A DNA stretch of 64,000 nucleotides. Source: Squalus acanthias. Its lineage: Eukaryota. The notes beneath the pieces were generated by a model, which did no database searches, was not told where the DNA came from, and saw only the letters and a list, made by a program, of their open reading frames with translations. The translations under genes were made by a program, and so were the position numbers. How positions within the stretch are numbered: the stretch's first letter is position 1; every line of letters starts with the position of its first letter. Shown piece by piece: positions 49,804 to 62,642 of this stretch. The stretch is from contig CM059448.1 of assembly GCA_030390025.1 (NCBI GenBank), positions 10,106,001-10,170,000 of the forward strand, read 5' to 3'.

Positions 49804-49923
49804 CTAGACGTGCTGGGTAGGGGAGAACTGTGTTTTATGGCCCGATGATTTTTAAACAATCTTTTGGTTCTTTGCTTTCCTTTATTCCTGTGGTAACACG
49901 GTGCTCTGACTGTGGGTGGTGAG

Positions 49924-50072
49924 CAATGTTCCCGTTAAGCTGGGCGGCCGCGCAGCGCTCTGGAGGTGCCGCGCACCAGCTCTTATATGACAAAAACCGC
50001 ATGAACATTTAAATGGGCGCACAGCCAGTTAAAGGGCCCGGGAACCGGGAAAAAAAATAAGAGGGAACATTG
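49924..50072. mobile_element. Short TIR element (hAT-like MITE)
   Basis: TIRs caatgttccc / gggaacattg, CpG-rich interior; TSD only partly conserved. Confidence 0.55.
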
Positions 50073-50883
50073 GTGATAAAGAGATCCATGAGCCCTGCAG
50101 CTACAACTTATTAGACCAGGAAATAAATTCCCGAATTTAATTTTGGAAGCGACGTACTGGTAGTATTTTTTTTGGACTAGTTTTTGTTTCATTGAAACAG
50201 AAGGGGGTGTAAGGTATTACAAATGTTGCACCCTGTCTCTCAAATTCTGACTATTTTTGTGTTGATTTGAAAGAATGGGTACAAGTTGCATTGTATTGTT
50301 GACATTTTATACAATTTGCTAAATGACTGAACCTGCCTCGTCTGTGAAACTGGTCTGACAGCTCGTGGTTTACACTCTGAAGTATTACCTGTCAGATTGT
50401 ATTTTCTGGTTTTGACATTTACCACAGGGTGTAACATATCATTATGGATATATGGTTATGAATGTTGCAGATGTAGAAGTGTGTAATTACCTGCAGTGCT
50501 AAGTAGGATAATTGTGTGTGCAGAAGATGACAATTATGTAAAAACAGTGATATTTTTACAATGAATTGGTTTCCTTCCTTCCCTTTCTCCACCTGGCAGG
50601 GCTTGAACTTGAGTATGTAACTAGGCACAGAAGTAGCAGTTTACAAAGCGTGCTGGTGTTCAGTTTTTTTAAAAAAGAAGTGCATTAGTCTGGTAAAATA
50701 GAAACTAAAATTACCTTTATACATGCTTGATTTAGAAAAAAATTGTAGTTCTGCAGGAAAGTACAGTGCTACAAGTAGTAGTATGATTGCATCTATTGGT
50801 CTGCCAAACCAGTAGTACTTTCACTGTCACTGGTCCATCCCTCAAATTACTGGTCCTGATCTGGGAGACCAGTGTTCACTTAG

Positions 50884-51045
50884 AGTCAGGCAGCATCTAT
50901 GGAGAGAGAGAAGCAGAGTTAACGTTTCAGGTTGATGACCTTTAGTCAGAACCTGAAACGTTAACTCTGTTTTTCTCTCTCCACAGATGCTGCCTGACCT
51001 GTTGAGTATTTCCAGCATCCGCAGTATTTTGCTTTTGTTTTCATT
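50884..51045. mobile_element. Penelope family A fold-back fragment
   Basis: Inverted arms about 50885-50931 / 50952-50998. The minus-strand hammerhead at 50917-50952 has core CTGACTA (G-to-T change); the plus arm starts just before GAAACGTT. Confidence 0.78.
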
Positions 51046-51049
51046 TAGA

Positions 51050-51270
51050 GTCATACCGTTGCGGCAGTTTGTGAACTTCTGTAATTGACGTGGAAAATGG
51101 ATTAGGTGACGGTCATTAAGCCAATTGACACATGCAAAGATTATGCACAAAATTCCTGATTGCAATGTTTAACTGCGCATGTGCGGTCGCCAGAAGTTGC
51201 TGTCCGATTTACTCTTTAATCACGTTGAGCGCTGATAGCCTCGCCGTTATTCTTACTGCAAAATCCGGGC
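51050..51270. mobile_element. Harbinger-type non-autonomous element, terminal fragment
   Basis: Ends ...gcaaaatccgggcc; reverse-complement homology to 15441-15570. Confidence 0.6.
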
Positions 51271-52999
51271 CAATGAGACATTTCTACATGGCAGGCAGGA
51301 CAGGCATAAAAAGAATCGCACCCAGTGATCATCTTCAACTCTGCCTCTCCACCATGCTATTTTCTAGTTTAAATTTGCAAACATCTGTTGTTGTAGCCTT
51401 GCTCTTTTTAAATACTATAATTTTATACTCTAATGTGCATATGCTGACTGGTTTGATGAATTGAGTAAGGAGTGTAAATTTATTGTCAGTTATATGTAGG
51501 ACAAGGAATAATGAATTACAAATGTGCAAGTCAGTTCTGATAAAACTTTGAAGCTTGATTTTTGTTTTTTAAGAACATTAGTCGAACTGTGATCATCAAT
51601 TATGGCTGTTTATTGTAATTTATAGTGCATATTCCTTTTAACACTTGTTTTAGTGTTGTACCTGAGCATGGTGGGTGTGCTGGACTTAGATACTGTAAGT
51701 GAAATGGTAACAAAAATAATAAATCGGACTGATGGCATCAAGTGACCAATATTATGGGTTTATTTATCTGCCCATCAGTTGGTTTACTGGGAAACAAGCT
51801 ATACAGTATAGAATAATAGTGAGTGCTGCTATCATCTAAATGAGGGATTCCAATGACATCCTAAGCAGCAATGGTCAAATACTGTCTTATGAATATGATT
51901 TGAACCCTAGGGTTAAGATTGTAATTTTTTTTTTAAACGGTGACCTCTTTCCCCCTCCTGACCCCTCAATTTTCTCTCTCTTTTTCCTTGCCTCCATTCT
52001 GTGCCAGACATCTGTATCTGGGAGGGCAAGGAGCTTTTTGTCAGGCCACTGCCGATGCTGTTCTCTTGCTGTCCATGAGGAGGCACACCAATATTTTCCC
52101 ATCTTTTCTCCCCACCCCCTCAGTTTTCTGCAGCTTCAGGATTTCACCTTCACAAAGCTCAAAGCTGCATGGCTGAGATCAGAACCATGCATTCCTCCAC
52201 TCCGGCTTTGCTCGATTAGATCACAATCACTCAATTCCATCTGTTAAGTGCTGTGCACTTTCCAATTATAATGTATTGAGAACGGATATCGGTACTCAGC
52301 AATGGGCCATTGGTCCACTTTTCTTTCTGCATAATGCTTTAAAGCTATCAAGTTTGTTCCCATTACCGTTCCTGTAACTTTATTTTTCTGTTGTATTATC
52401 TTCTCCCTTAAAATCTTTCTCTGCTGTTCACCATCTGCAGCTTAGAGGATGCAACTTTATGCCCAGCGATGACATTCTCATAAATGCACAGACTCGAGCA
52501 AAAATTAATTGGTACATATAAAGATGTCAGGAATATGCTGCATGCAAGTCTTATGGTGGATGTTCTTGGCCATTCTCCTTTTATGGAGGTAACATCTATT
52601 TGCACCATTGACCAGGTTCAGTCACTTTAGGAAATTTGAGTAAACGTTCTCCATTTGTGCCTCAGGGAAAAATATCTGTCAGATGTGAAAATTATTAATC
52701 TTTTTCCATACAGTGCATTAAAACAACAGCTAGCATTCTGCCCAGTGTAAATAACCCAATATTAGATTGGGACCTCAAATTTGAGATCTTTTCCCTCGCT
52801 GGTGTAGTAGATTATTGTAATATCTTTCCCTGTTCTGCTGAATATACACGTATCTGAAGAAATGTAGTTAAATCCCCAGATTGTTCATTTAAATTGAATT
52901 AAGGCAGCTAGCAAGGTGAACTTTTATGATGCTAACTACAGACGCACTAAACCTCCTGACTGGGCATTCGATTAATGAATATATTTGTGTTTTCTACAG

Positions 53000-53050
53000 G
53001 TAAAGCCAAAGGAGAAAAAGAGAAACTCTCAGAGCCACAAACCAATAAAT
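53000..53050 (+). CDS. AKAP10: AKAP10 coding exon 2 (51 nt)
   Basis: tttctacAG acceptor, GTAAGT donor, phase 1-1. Joined to exon 1 it gives MSFFRRRGKAKGEKEKLSEPQTNK, which aligns to mammalian MSFFRRKVKGKEQEKTSDVKSIK. Confidence 0.8.
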
Positions 53051-54152
53051 GTAAGTTTAAAAAAAAAAAAAATTAAATGTAATGCGGGGCCGGGGTGGCA
53101 TGTGGGCGTGTTGGTGAGAACTGGAGCAATGCTCAGTTCACCACAAAAGGAGGCTGTCTCAATAACTCCGGAACATCAAAGTTGCTCGAGTTTCATTGCT
53201 TGCCCCATGATTACAGCGGACATTTCGAATGAGGTTGCTGTGTCAGGGGGTTTTAATGTTCAGTAATACTGGGATTATTCGTCCATTAGTTTCTTGAATC
53301 ATTCTCTTCCAACACGTGACGTCTTGCTTTAGCAGATACCGCATGCACAGCTCGGTGGTGTTGAATGATGACACTTCCTGTCTCAATTGGAATTTAGACA
53401 GCGTTCTCATTATCGAGAATAAGGAGGTGTGGTCCCCTAGTTTTAAGTAAACTCTTTGAAATGTGCATTTAGTATCCATACCTCTTCTGCTACTTGTAAA
53501 AGCAAAACACTGGGGACATTTGGCAAGAGTCGTGTAACTGAAATATCATGTTGTAACGGCTGATCTTGTCATTGCTGATGGCAAGTTGGAGGATAGGCAG
53601 TGGGGTTGTTTAATTTGGCCTTTACTTTTAAGACCATCAAGTGTACTCCCCGTGCAGAAGTAATATAAATCGGCGCATCCTGATGTCAGCCGAAGTCTTA
53701 ATTATTGTTGCTGATGGAAGTTGACATTCTTCAGCTGTAATTTGTTATTTTATGAATTATTTTAGATGCAAATGTCATGGAGTTTTTTCGGGGTCATCTG
53801 GGGGCTAATTGCTCCCAGAGACATCCAGAGGTCAATTAGATGGCCTATTGATGCAGGATAAGCTTGTAAGGAGATTGGAAATATTGGCTTTTAAAAAAAA
53901 AAAATATCCTTTCTAAGTGGTATAGAATTTTTTCCCTCCTGTTTCTTGTGTTGTTTGTGCCTGTGTCTTTTTTTTGCAGATTCTTATCTTTTGTTTTTGT
54001 GCTGACTGTGCAACAGTGAGCACTTTAACTTGGTGATTGTGGGTGGTGGTGGGAAGCGAAAGAGAAAAAAGGGGATCTGTAACTCAACATGGAGAATAAT
54101 TTTTTTTAGCATTATTCACTGGCCTTGAAGAAACTGTAACCGCATTTTATAT

Positions 54153-54972
54153 TACATAAGAAATAGGAGCGGGAGTAGGCCATACGTCCCCTCGAACCTG
54201 CTCCGCCACTCAATAATATCATGGCTGTACTTCGACATCAACTCCACTTTCCCACCATATCCACGTATTCCTTGATTCCCTTAGTGCCCAAAAACCTATT
54301 GATCTCAGTCCTGAATATACTCATCAACTGAACATCCACCCCCCTCGGGTAGAGAGTTCCAAAGATTCACAACCCTCTGAGTGGAGAAATTCCTCCTCAT
54401 CTCAGTCCTAAATGGCCGTCCCCTTATCCTGAGACTATGACCCCTAGTTCCAAACTCTCCAGCCAGTGGGAAACAGCCTCTCAACATCTACCCTGTCAAG
54501 CCTTCTAAGAATGTTATACATTTCAATGAGATCACCTCTCGTTCTTCTAAACTCCAGAGAGAGTATAGGCCCATTCTACTCAATCTTTCCTCATAGGACA
54601 ACCTTCTCATCCCAGCAATCAATCTAGTGAACCTTTGTTGCATGCCTCCAAGGCAAGTATATCCTTCCTTAGGTAAGGAGACCAAAACTGTGCACAGTAC
54701 TGCAGGTGTGGTCTCTCCAAAGCCCTATATAATTGCAGCAAGACTTCCTTACTCTTTTTTTTTTATACTCCGACCCCCTTGCAATAAAGGCTAACATACC
54801 ATTTGCTTTCCCAATTGCTTGCTATACCTGCATGTTAACTTTCTGTGATTTGTATACAAGGACCCTCAAATTCCCTTTGTATACCAACATTTACCTGTCT
54901 CTCACCTTTTAAAAAATATTCTGCTTTTCCATTCTTCTTACCAAAGTGGATAATTTTACACTTCCCCACATA
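54153..54972 (-). mobile_element. CR1 3' fragment
   Basis: VGKCKIIHFGKKN...QQRFTRLIAGM...TRGHSLRIRGRPFRTEMRRNF; CR1 tail. Confidence 0.87.
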
Positions 54973-56334
54973 TTTCAGTAGCTGTTCTAACGTACAGAGA
55001 GAGACGTCTGAGTACATTATAGGGCAGTGAATATCAAGTGGACACCAAGCAGGAGGCCGAAAGAGTATAGGAAAAAAGCTAAAGCACTGTCAAAATGGAG
55101 GGTCTTCAGGAGGTTTTTGGAGGCTGGGGCATAGTGGCTGAAGGAGCAGATGCCAATGAAGGCGGGGGAATGAGAAGTGGGTCAGTTTTGGAGGAGATGA
55201 TAGTATGTAGTTGAAGATCGCCAAGGTAGGGAGGGCAAAGCAGTAGAGGAATTTGAAGGTGAGGATGAAGATATTTGATTCTCTGGATATAATGCAGTGA
55301 AGCTCAATATAATGTACAGGTTGTGCTAGAAATATACAGTAGAAAATGATTGTGTGTTGGAGCAGTAAGTGGCTGAGAATCTAGGCCAGTGTTACTTTGT
55401 CGTTTTTATTAAATTCTTTGCCTGCATAAAAATCCCAGTCTGTTTTTTATTACAAGTATTCATGATTTCAAGTGCCTCAATCTTGGGAATTCATGAATGT
55501 AAGTAGTCTAAAAATATTTGATTTTTATTCGACAATAATTTAGGTTTCTGTTGTGACACCCTGTCAGCTAACAAACATTTAGCTTTTTGTGAGGGACGCT
55601 GAGCTCGGATCACAGGAGTAGGCCATTCAGCCCCTCGAGCCTGTCCCGCTCTCAAAAAATGACCCAGAACTTGTCGATCGCTTTCCGAATTGCCCAACCT
55701 CGACCTACCTGCAATAAAATCGAACCCATTGGAAGATATTTCCGTCTACTCCAAAGAAGAACATATCTTTTCTGTAGCTGTGGAGTTGGTGAGAGGGTGG
55801 GGAGGGAAGGCGAAGAGCCATTCAACTACCACCTTGGCACCTTGAAAATGTTTAAATAGAAAATCATTTAGGGTTGTCGAGAGGTTTTTCACTTTTACTA
55901 ACTGTTTTTCTGTCTGTCATTTTACTTATTTTCAATTGATTGCTTCACAGTGTGTTGAAAAAGGATCAACTCATTTACTGCATGTACTTCTTGAAGGACT
56001 TTTTAAAAACGTAATTGGCTTGAGTGTTTGCTTTCTGATAATATTATTTGAATTGTAATTTAGGATCGTCAGACCTAGACTAGCTGGAATGTTTGAGCCA
56101 TGTTTGAGGTCAATAACAAAGAAAAAAAGACTTGCATTTACATGGCATATTATCATGTTCCTCAAACATCGGAGCTTCACACAATTCAATTTTTTTCGTG
56201 CAGTGTTATTGTTATGTTGGCAAAAGTGCAAGACAAATGCATTTCCAACAATAGCATTTTTGCTAAGCGGCAACTTACCAAAGGCCTCCTGTAATCTACA
56301 AGGTTTTAAAACTTGGTGTCACCCAGTGACAATT

Positions 56335-57270
56335 TCCTGATATCTCCCACCATTCTTTGAATCTGCCCTTGTCAAAGTCATAAATGTTGTCTTTTTGACT
56401 CTGGTTTGTTCATCCTCCTTGAACTTACAGCTGCCTTGGATGCCATTGATCATTGTATCCTCCTCTAACATTTCTCAATGGTCCACCTTTGCGGCACTGC
56501 TTTCTCTCCTGGTTCCAATCATACCTGTCCCAAAAACATGTATCCATATATCCTCAGACTGTGCGGTTACCGCTGATGTCCCTCAGGGCTTCATCCTTAG
56601 TCCTCTCTTCATCCTTTTCATTATGCATCTCCTCAGTGACATTACCTAGAAGCATAGGATCAGGTTCAATATTTATGCTCTGCTTTACCTTTCCAGCTCT
56701 TTTGATTCTAAGGCAGTTGTTCACCACTCCAACTCTCCATTCGACGTTGTTGAAATTTCCTCTAGCGTAATATTGGAAAAACTGACGTCATTGTTTTTGG
56801 TTCCTGTAAACTTCTAAACACCTCTGCCCCTCACTGCATCAGCGTTCCCGCCTGCCATCTCCGGTTCCTTTCAGTGGTGTAGCGCCTCTGCATGCTATTT
56901 GATATTGAGCTGAGTTTGTTTCTCTGCATATGTTCCTGTCGCCAAGACTGCCACCTTCTATCTTCGTAACATTGCATGTCTCGGTCCCTACCTCTCCTGC
57001 AGAGACTCGAATTCAGAACTTTTTTTTACTTCAAGGCTTTATTTTTGAAAAGCTGTCCTAGCTGGTTCCACCACTTTCACCCATCATAAGTTGCAACTCA
57101 TCTGGAATGGCAGTGCTTACCTGCTCAGTCCCTGCACTTCCATTACAATGGTCCAGGCCAGGTTTCATTGGCTCCCTGCGGCCCATGAATCAATTTCAAC
57201 GTCCTTATCCTTCACATGCCTCCGTGGTCTTGCCTTATCCTATTTCAGTGACCTGCTTCAGCTTTATGTC
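56335..57270 (+). mobile_element. Old degenerate L2 RT fragment
   Basis: LSWFQSYLS, VPQGFILSPLF and FHWLP remnants. Confidence 0.65.
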
Positions 57271-58314
57271 TCTGGAAGTGATTCTGGAATTTACATTCAC
57301 ATGTTTCAGTCATAGCGTAGAGGCTAATGCTTAAAAAGCTTGAATCAAATATAGCCTGTAATCCACAAATAAAGATGTTCTGTTTGCAGTGAGATTTGCC
57401 AGCGTTTGCTTGTGTTCTCATGGTGTTAGGCTGCTTACTTTTTAATGATTTCCTCAACCAACTCCTATCAACATTTTGTAGGTAGTTGTTGTTGTTTGTC
57501 ATTTTGTTTTTAGATATTCAGGTGTATGTTTAAAATATGTAATATTTATTACACACATTTAAATGTATTATCTAAAAGCTTTGGCAATATACCTGTGACT
57601 TTTCCTTGAAATAGAATAATTATAAACCTAAATCATTTTAATGCCTTTAATGCTTTCAATAAAGTTTGACCAAAGTGAATGCAAAGGGGATAGCGGGGCT
57701 GTTACTATTTGGAGCATTGTGCTCTGCTCCACATTTGATTTGACTTAATTTTTTTCTTTGGTGATGGTGGTGTGAATGACTCACTCCTTTGAGAGAAAAG
57801 ATTATATCTTAACATCAAAAGATTTTTTTTAAAGCGACTTGAAAATAGAGTAGCAACAGTTCTCTCACATTAGGAGCTTAAAATAGAATTCCGGACTCTG
57901 AACTAGATTTTCAAGTGTTGTTGGCTTCCAGATGAGCTGCTTGATAGATTTGTTCTCGCCCCACTGTTGTATAACTGCCGGCCACTGAGCAGCATTATTC
58001 ATAGTGTTGTCAGTAGAATTTCAGTAAAGTGCAGCGATGAAGAGTGTCATTTTTATGCAGCTCTATTGTAGCCATTTCCATCCATTATTATTATAATAGT
58101 GTAATGGTGGATATGTGAAACTTTCAGACTTGCCTACTTGAACTGGAAAGGTCACCTGGCTTATACAGAATAAGTAAAGGTTTTGTCCTTCAGAACTTGA
58201 GTTGCGTCTGTAGAGAGTATTTTGAGATGCATAACACGAGGGTGAAGTGCTAATGATTGCAGATCTATCACTGGTGGTGATAATGAGCAGTTTGAGGTGA
58301 TAAATTAAGGTTAA

Positions 58315-58865
58315 AGAAAGATCTTGCATTTCTATAGCAACTGTCATGTTATCAGGACATCCCAAAGCACTTCACAGCTAATAAATTGCTTTTGAAGTGC
58401 AGTCACTGTGATGTAGACAAATGTGGCAGACAATTTGCACATAAGAGTCCCATAAACAGCAAATTAGATAACCGACCAGTTACCTTGTTCTGTTGGTATT
58501 GGTTGATGGATAACTGTTGGCCAGAACAGTGGGGAAACTCATTTGTTCTTAAAGTCGTGCCAGGGAATGTAGTGCAGGGCTTCAATTTCACACTAATACA
58601 AAAAGAAAAGACTGCAGATGCTGGAAATCTGAAATAAAAACAGAAAATGCTGGAGATACTCAGCAGGTCAGGCAGCATCTGTGAAGAGAGAAACAGAGTT
58701 AACGTTTCAGGTCGATGACCTTTCACTTCAATTTCACATCTCATCTGAAAGACATCACCTCTGACAATGGCGCACTCCCGCTGTACAGCACTAAAATGTC
58801 AGCCTAGATTGTATGCTCCAGTCTTGGAATGGGGCTTAAACTCTCAACCTTCTAACCCAGGCAAA
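58315..58865 (-). mobile_element. Deu-SINE with nested Penelope fragment
   Basis: SINE tail at 58315-58400 and head near 58830-58860; interrupted at 58593-58725. Confidence 0.7.
58593..58725 (-). mobile_element. Penelope family A fragment truncated inside the hammerhead
   Basis: rc homologous to 1004-1130; 13-bp TSD cttcaatttcaca (58580-58592, 58726-58738). Confidence 0.8.
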
Positions 58866-59209
58866 AAGCGTATCTCAAATGAAAGCATATCGGCTTCAAT
58901 GTGATTTCCCCTAGCTCCTTCACGTCCAACAATCCTACAATAGTGTGTTACTCGTAAGTGTAATTCATTGTTGTAACATATGCAAAGGCAGCTGCCATTT
59001 GCATACAGCAAGGTCCCACGAACAGCAATGAGATAAATAACCGGATGATGTTGGTTAAGGGATATTTATGGTGGCTGGGACACCAGAAGAGCTCCCTGGG
59101 ATCTTGTATGTCTGCTTCAACAGGTGGATGTCTCATTTCAAAGACAGCACCTTTGATATTGCAGCACTCTCCCAGTACTAAACTGAAGTGTCAGCCTAGA
59201 TTATGTGTG

Positions 59210-59400
59210 ATGTGGAGATGCCGGTGTTGGACTGGGGTGGACAAATGTGAGAAGTCGCACAACACCAGGTTATAGTCCAACAGCTTTATTTGAAATCACA
59301 AGCTTTCGGAGCGCTGCTCCTTCGTCAGGTGAAGTCACCTGACGAAGGAGCAGCGCTCCAAAAGCTTGTGATTTCAAATAAAGCTGTTGGACTATAACCT
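59210..59400. mobile_element. Penelope-derived fold-back element (family B), minimal version
   Basis: Arms about 59267-59332 / 59335-59400 with a 2-nt loop; 15-bp TSD cctagattatgtgtg (59195-59209, 59398-59412). Confidence 0.87.
59296..59332 (-). ncRNA. Type I hammerhead motif, intact core
   Basis: rc: tcac-CTGACGA-a-ggagc-agc-gctcc-GAAA-gc-tt-gtga. The plus partner at 59335-59371 has GAAA changed to AAAA. Confidence 0.8.
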
Positions 59401-60112
59401 AGATTATGTGTGGGATTGAAACCCACAACCCTCTGATTCAGAGGTGAAAATACTACCACTGAGCCAAGGCTGACACTCTATGAAGTAGAAATTCTAACGG
59501 CTGTGAAGAACTAGCTGGAAGATAGGGAATTATAGATATGTTTTTTAATTTAAGGGATAACTAAAAATATTACTATAAGAAAATCACCTCTTAAAGCACT
59601 TAAAAACAATCTGTTGAATAAATTCCAAATTCTGGTTTCCAAATAATCGGCCTAGGGTGGTTTGCACAAGATGCTGTACTGCTGGGAACTTTTTAAACTT
59701 TGTTTCACACTGGCCTGAGTTGTAGTGCAGCAGGTGTGAAGCTGAAATGGTGAGACAACCTTCTGGAGTTGGTTCCTGACTCTTGCTTTTTAGTCCGCTT
59801 CAAGTGACTTAATGCCTCTAACACAGCACCATTTGTATTGATGTGAAAGTGAAACTGCTCCACGTCAATGTGAGCGTCATTATATAAATTGCTTGCAGGT
59901 GATGAAAGAGAAGACAGGAGGGCCATTAAAAAGACTATATTTAGTTCGTGAGAACTTCAACACATGTTGCTAAAGTTACAATTAAACATCAAAGAAAGGA
60001 GTTCTCGATATTCCTCAAGTATTTTAAATGCTGAAAATGTATTTTAATGGCTTATTTTGTCTGAAGCCAAAATTATTTCCCCATAAATGTTGATTCCTGT
60101 TCCTATTAGAAG

Positions 60113-60562
60113 TGTCAGCCTTTGGCTCAGTGGTACTCTTGGTCAGGAGGTCATGGGTTTGAGTCCCACTCCAGAGACTTGAGCACAGAATCTAGGCTGA
60201 CACTTCAGTGCAGAACTGAGGGAGTGCTGCACTGTCGGAGGTGCAGACCTTCGGATGAGATGTTAAACCGAGGCCCTGTCTGTCCTCTTAGATGGATGTA
60301 AAAGAACCCACCATACAATTGGAAGAAGAGCATGGAAGTTCTCCCTGTGTCCTGGTCAACAGTTATCCCTCAGCCAATACCTAAAGCAAATTATCTGGTC
60401 ATTTATTTAATTGGTGCTTGTGGGCCCTTGCTGTGCGCAAATTTACTGCCGCGTTTCCCAAATTACAACAGTGACTACATTTCAAAAGTATTTCATTGGC
60501 TGTAAAGCGCTTTAGGACATCCTGATGTCGTGAAAGGCGCTATATAGATGCAAGTTCTTTTT
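60113..60562 (+). mobile_element. Full-length Deu-domain tRNA SINE
   Basis: Box A tggctcagtgg, box B-like ggtttgagtccc, core gtgctgcactgtcggaggtgc...ggatgagatgttaaaccgaggccc, L2-like tail ggcgctatatagatgcaag. Confidence 0.85.
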
Positions 60563-62264
60563 ACAGATTTTAAGGAATGATTTAGTTTGATCCATCATTC
60601 AATGCAATGAAGTGATGTTTGACAGACTGGAATTGGAACACCATGAAAATAAATTGCTTTCGGTTGCATTGTGCAAACTTTCCAAATGGATTTAAAGCGC
60701 CGGTGTTGATGGGGTTAGTTATGTTGCTAAGTAATATGATTTCAAGACAAATAATTGTGATTCAGTGCATTTGAAAATCATGGAATGATGTAAAACTGTC
60801 AATTTTGAAATGCCTGCCCATTTAGAGTATCACATTTTGCTGTCGTGTGACCTTTAGCATATGCAAATTATGACATTATTGCATCTTGATGCAGCATCTA
60901 TCCTGATAACTCGAGCGAATTGAACAATAAAGATGTGATTATGGTTGTAATTTTTTTATTGAGTAGAAAATTACGCGCTTTGTCCAAGTTGGTGAAATGC
61001 CACTTCTTTTCCGAAATGCTGAATGAACCCGTGTTGGAGTATTCCCACCTGTAAGTTTCAGAAGCTCCCATTGTTTTACATGGAAATTCACAGTTGGATT
61101 TCTACACGTAGATAAAACCGTTCAACAAGAAGTGATGCTGGATCCATTCATCCCCACTACCTTGGCTGCTGCGCGGTAAATTTATACCTGCCAATTGCAG
61201 TCAAATGCTGTCAGCATTTCCTGTGGCCAGTCGCAGGCATAAACTGTAGGTGCTGTGAACATGAAACATCACCTGCTCATTTTAATTAAACAATTGCACT
61301 ACCTGTTTAAACAGCAGGCATGTCTCTGAATTAGTACCTATCCAACTGTTTCTGAATTAAACATTCTACCCGGAACAATGGCTAAATCTGGTGGTAACCA
61401 GATGTTTTAATAATGTGGGTAAATGGATCCTGTTATGTAGCTATTTGGAAGGATTGTTGCTATTTGTTACCATTTGGGGGCATGGAACATTTTTTTGAAT
61501 GTATTACTAAGAATCTGCAGCCATGAGCTTTAAGAAACTGTGTTTATTCAGAGCAGAAGCAGTGTCCTTAGTACTGGCATTTACTTTCCTAGCTATGAAA
61601 TGAAACGATTTGTCTGTTTCTATTCTTTCCTTCCTCGCACGTACATTTTCTTTTTCTTAACTTTGTAGCGCACCAGGTTCCCAACACGATTTTGCAGCTT
61701 GTCTGGGAATCTGCTGAATGAAGGTGATGTGCTTCCTTGCAGATGTGAGGAGAGAATTGGGGAGAGGGATTAAAAAAAAATCTGCCTGTATCACTTGACA
61801 CTTCCAAGGCAGCATTGATGGTGACCTGTAAACAAATCATCTGCTCGCCCTCCGTGGTGATGAGGTGGAATAAAAATACTTCTTCCTCTTCTCCCACCAC
61901 CAAACAAAGAAAACTTGTAATGGCTTGCAATGTGTTGACTAAAATAGCAGGTGTAGTGCTTTGAATTTATATGCTTAGTGAGGAGAGAGAGAATGCTCCC
62001 AGCGTCAGCATCAGTACAATTCCAAGTCGGGTATAGCATGAGGAAATTTCTCAAGCCCAGTTAGTTGCTCTCTAGTGCATCAGTGTGGCATTTCCATTTT
62101 GAGCACTAGTCTCTGATTGAGGCTCCCAATTTCTACCATTTTTTTGTGCTGTGGCCCGCACCCACTATAACTACGTTAAAGCACCCAAAATTCACAGAAC
62201 CCTTATCAGCGGACAAAGAGTGGATTTTATCGCTTTAATCGAGTGGTTTTCACTCTGGGTCCCA

Positions 62265-62642
62265 AAACAACAACAACTCTGCATTTATATTGTTTCTTTA
62301 ACGTAGTAAAACGTCCCAAGGTGCTTCACAGGAGCGATTTATCAAACAAAATTTGATACCGAGCCACATAGAGACATTGGGACAGGTGACCAAAAGCTTG
62401 GTCAAAGATAGGTTTTAAGGAGCATCTTAAAGGAGGAGAGAGGCAGAGAGGTTTAGGAAGGGAATTCCAGAGCTTAGGGCCTCATGAGCTGAAGGCACAG
62501 CCGCCAGTGGTGGAATGAAGAAAACCGGGGATGTGCAAAAGGCCAGAATTGGAAGAGCGCAGAGATCTCTGAGGGTTGTAGGGCTGGAGGAGCTTACAGA
62601 GATCGGGAGAGGCGAGGCCGTAGAGGGATTTGAAACACAAGG
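62265..62642 (-). mobile_element. L2 3' fragment
   Basis: Homologous to 25546-25935. Confidence 0.83.

Larger units (their letters stand above)
58930..59477 (-). mobile_element. Deu-SINE with nested Penelope fold-back element
   Basis: Head rc tgtcagccttggctcagtggtag...gggtttcaatccc at 59410-59477; core at 59110-59200. Confidence 0.78.

Noticed and set aside
60113-60185. tRNA genes at SINE heads (also 19842, 37650, 59410)
   Set aside because: Box A/B-like motifs are present but there is no full cloverleaf, and each continues into the SINE body.
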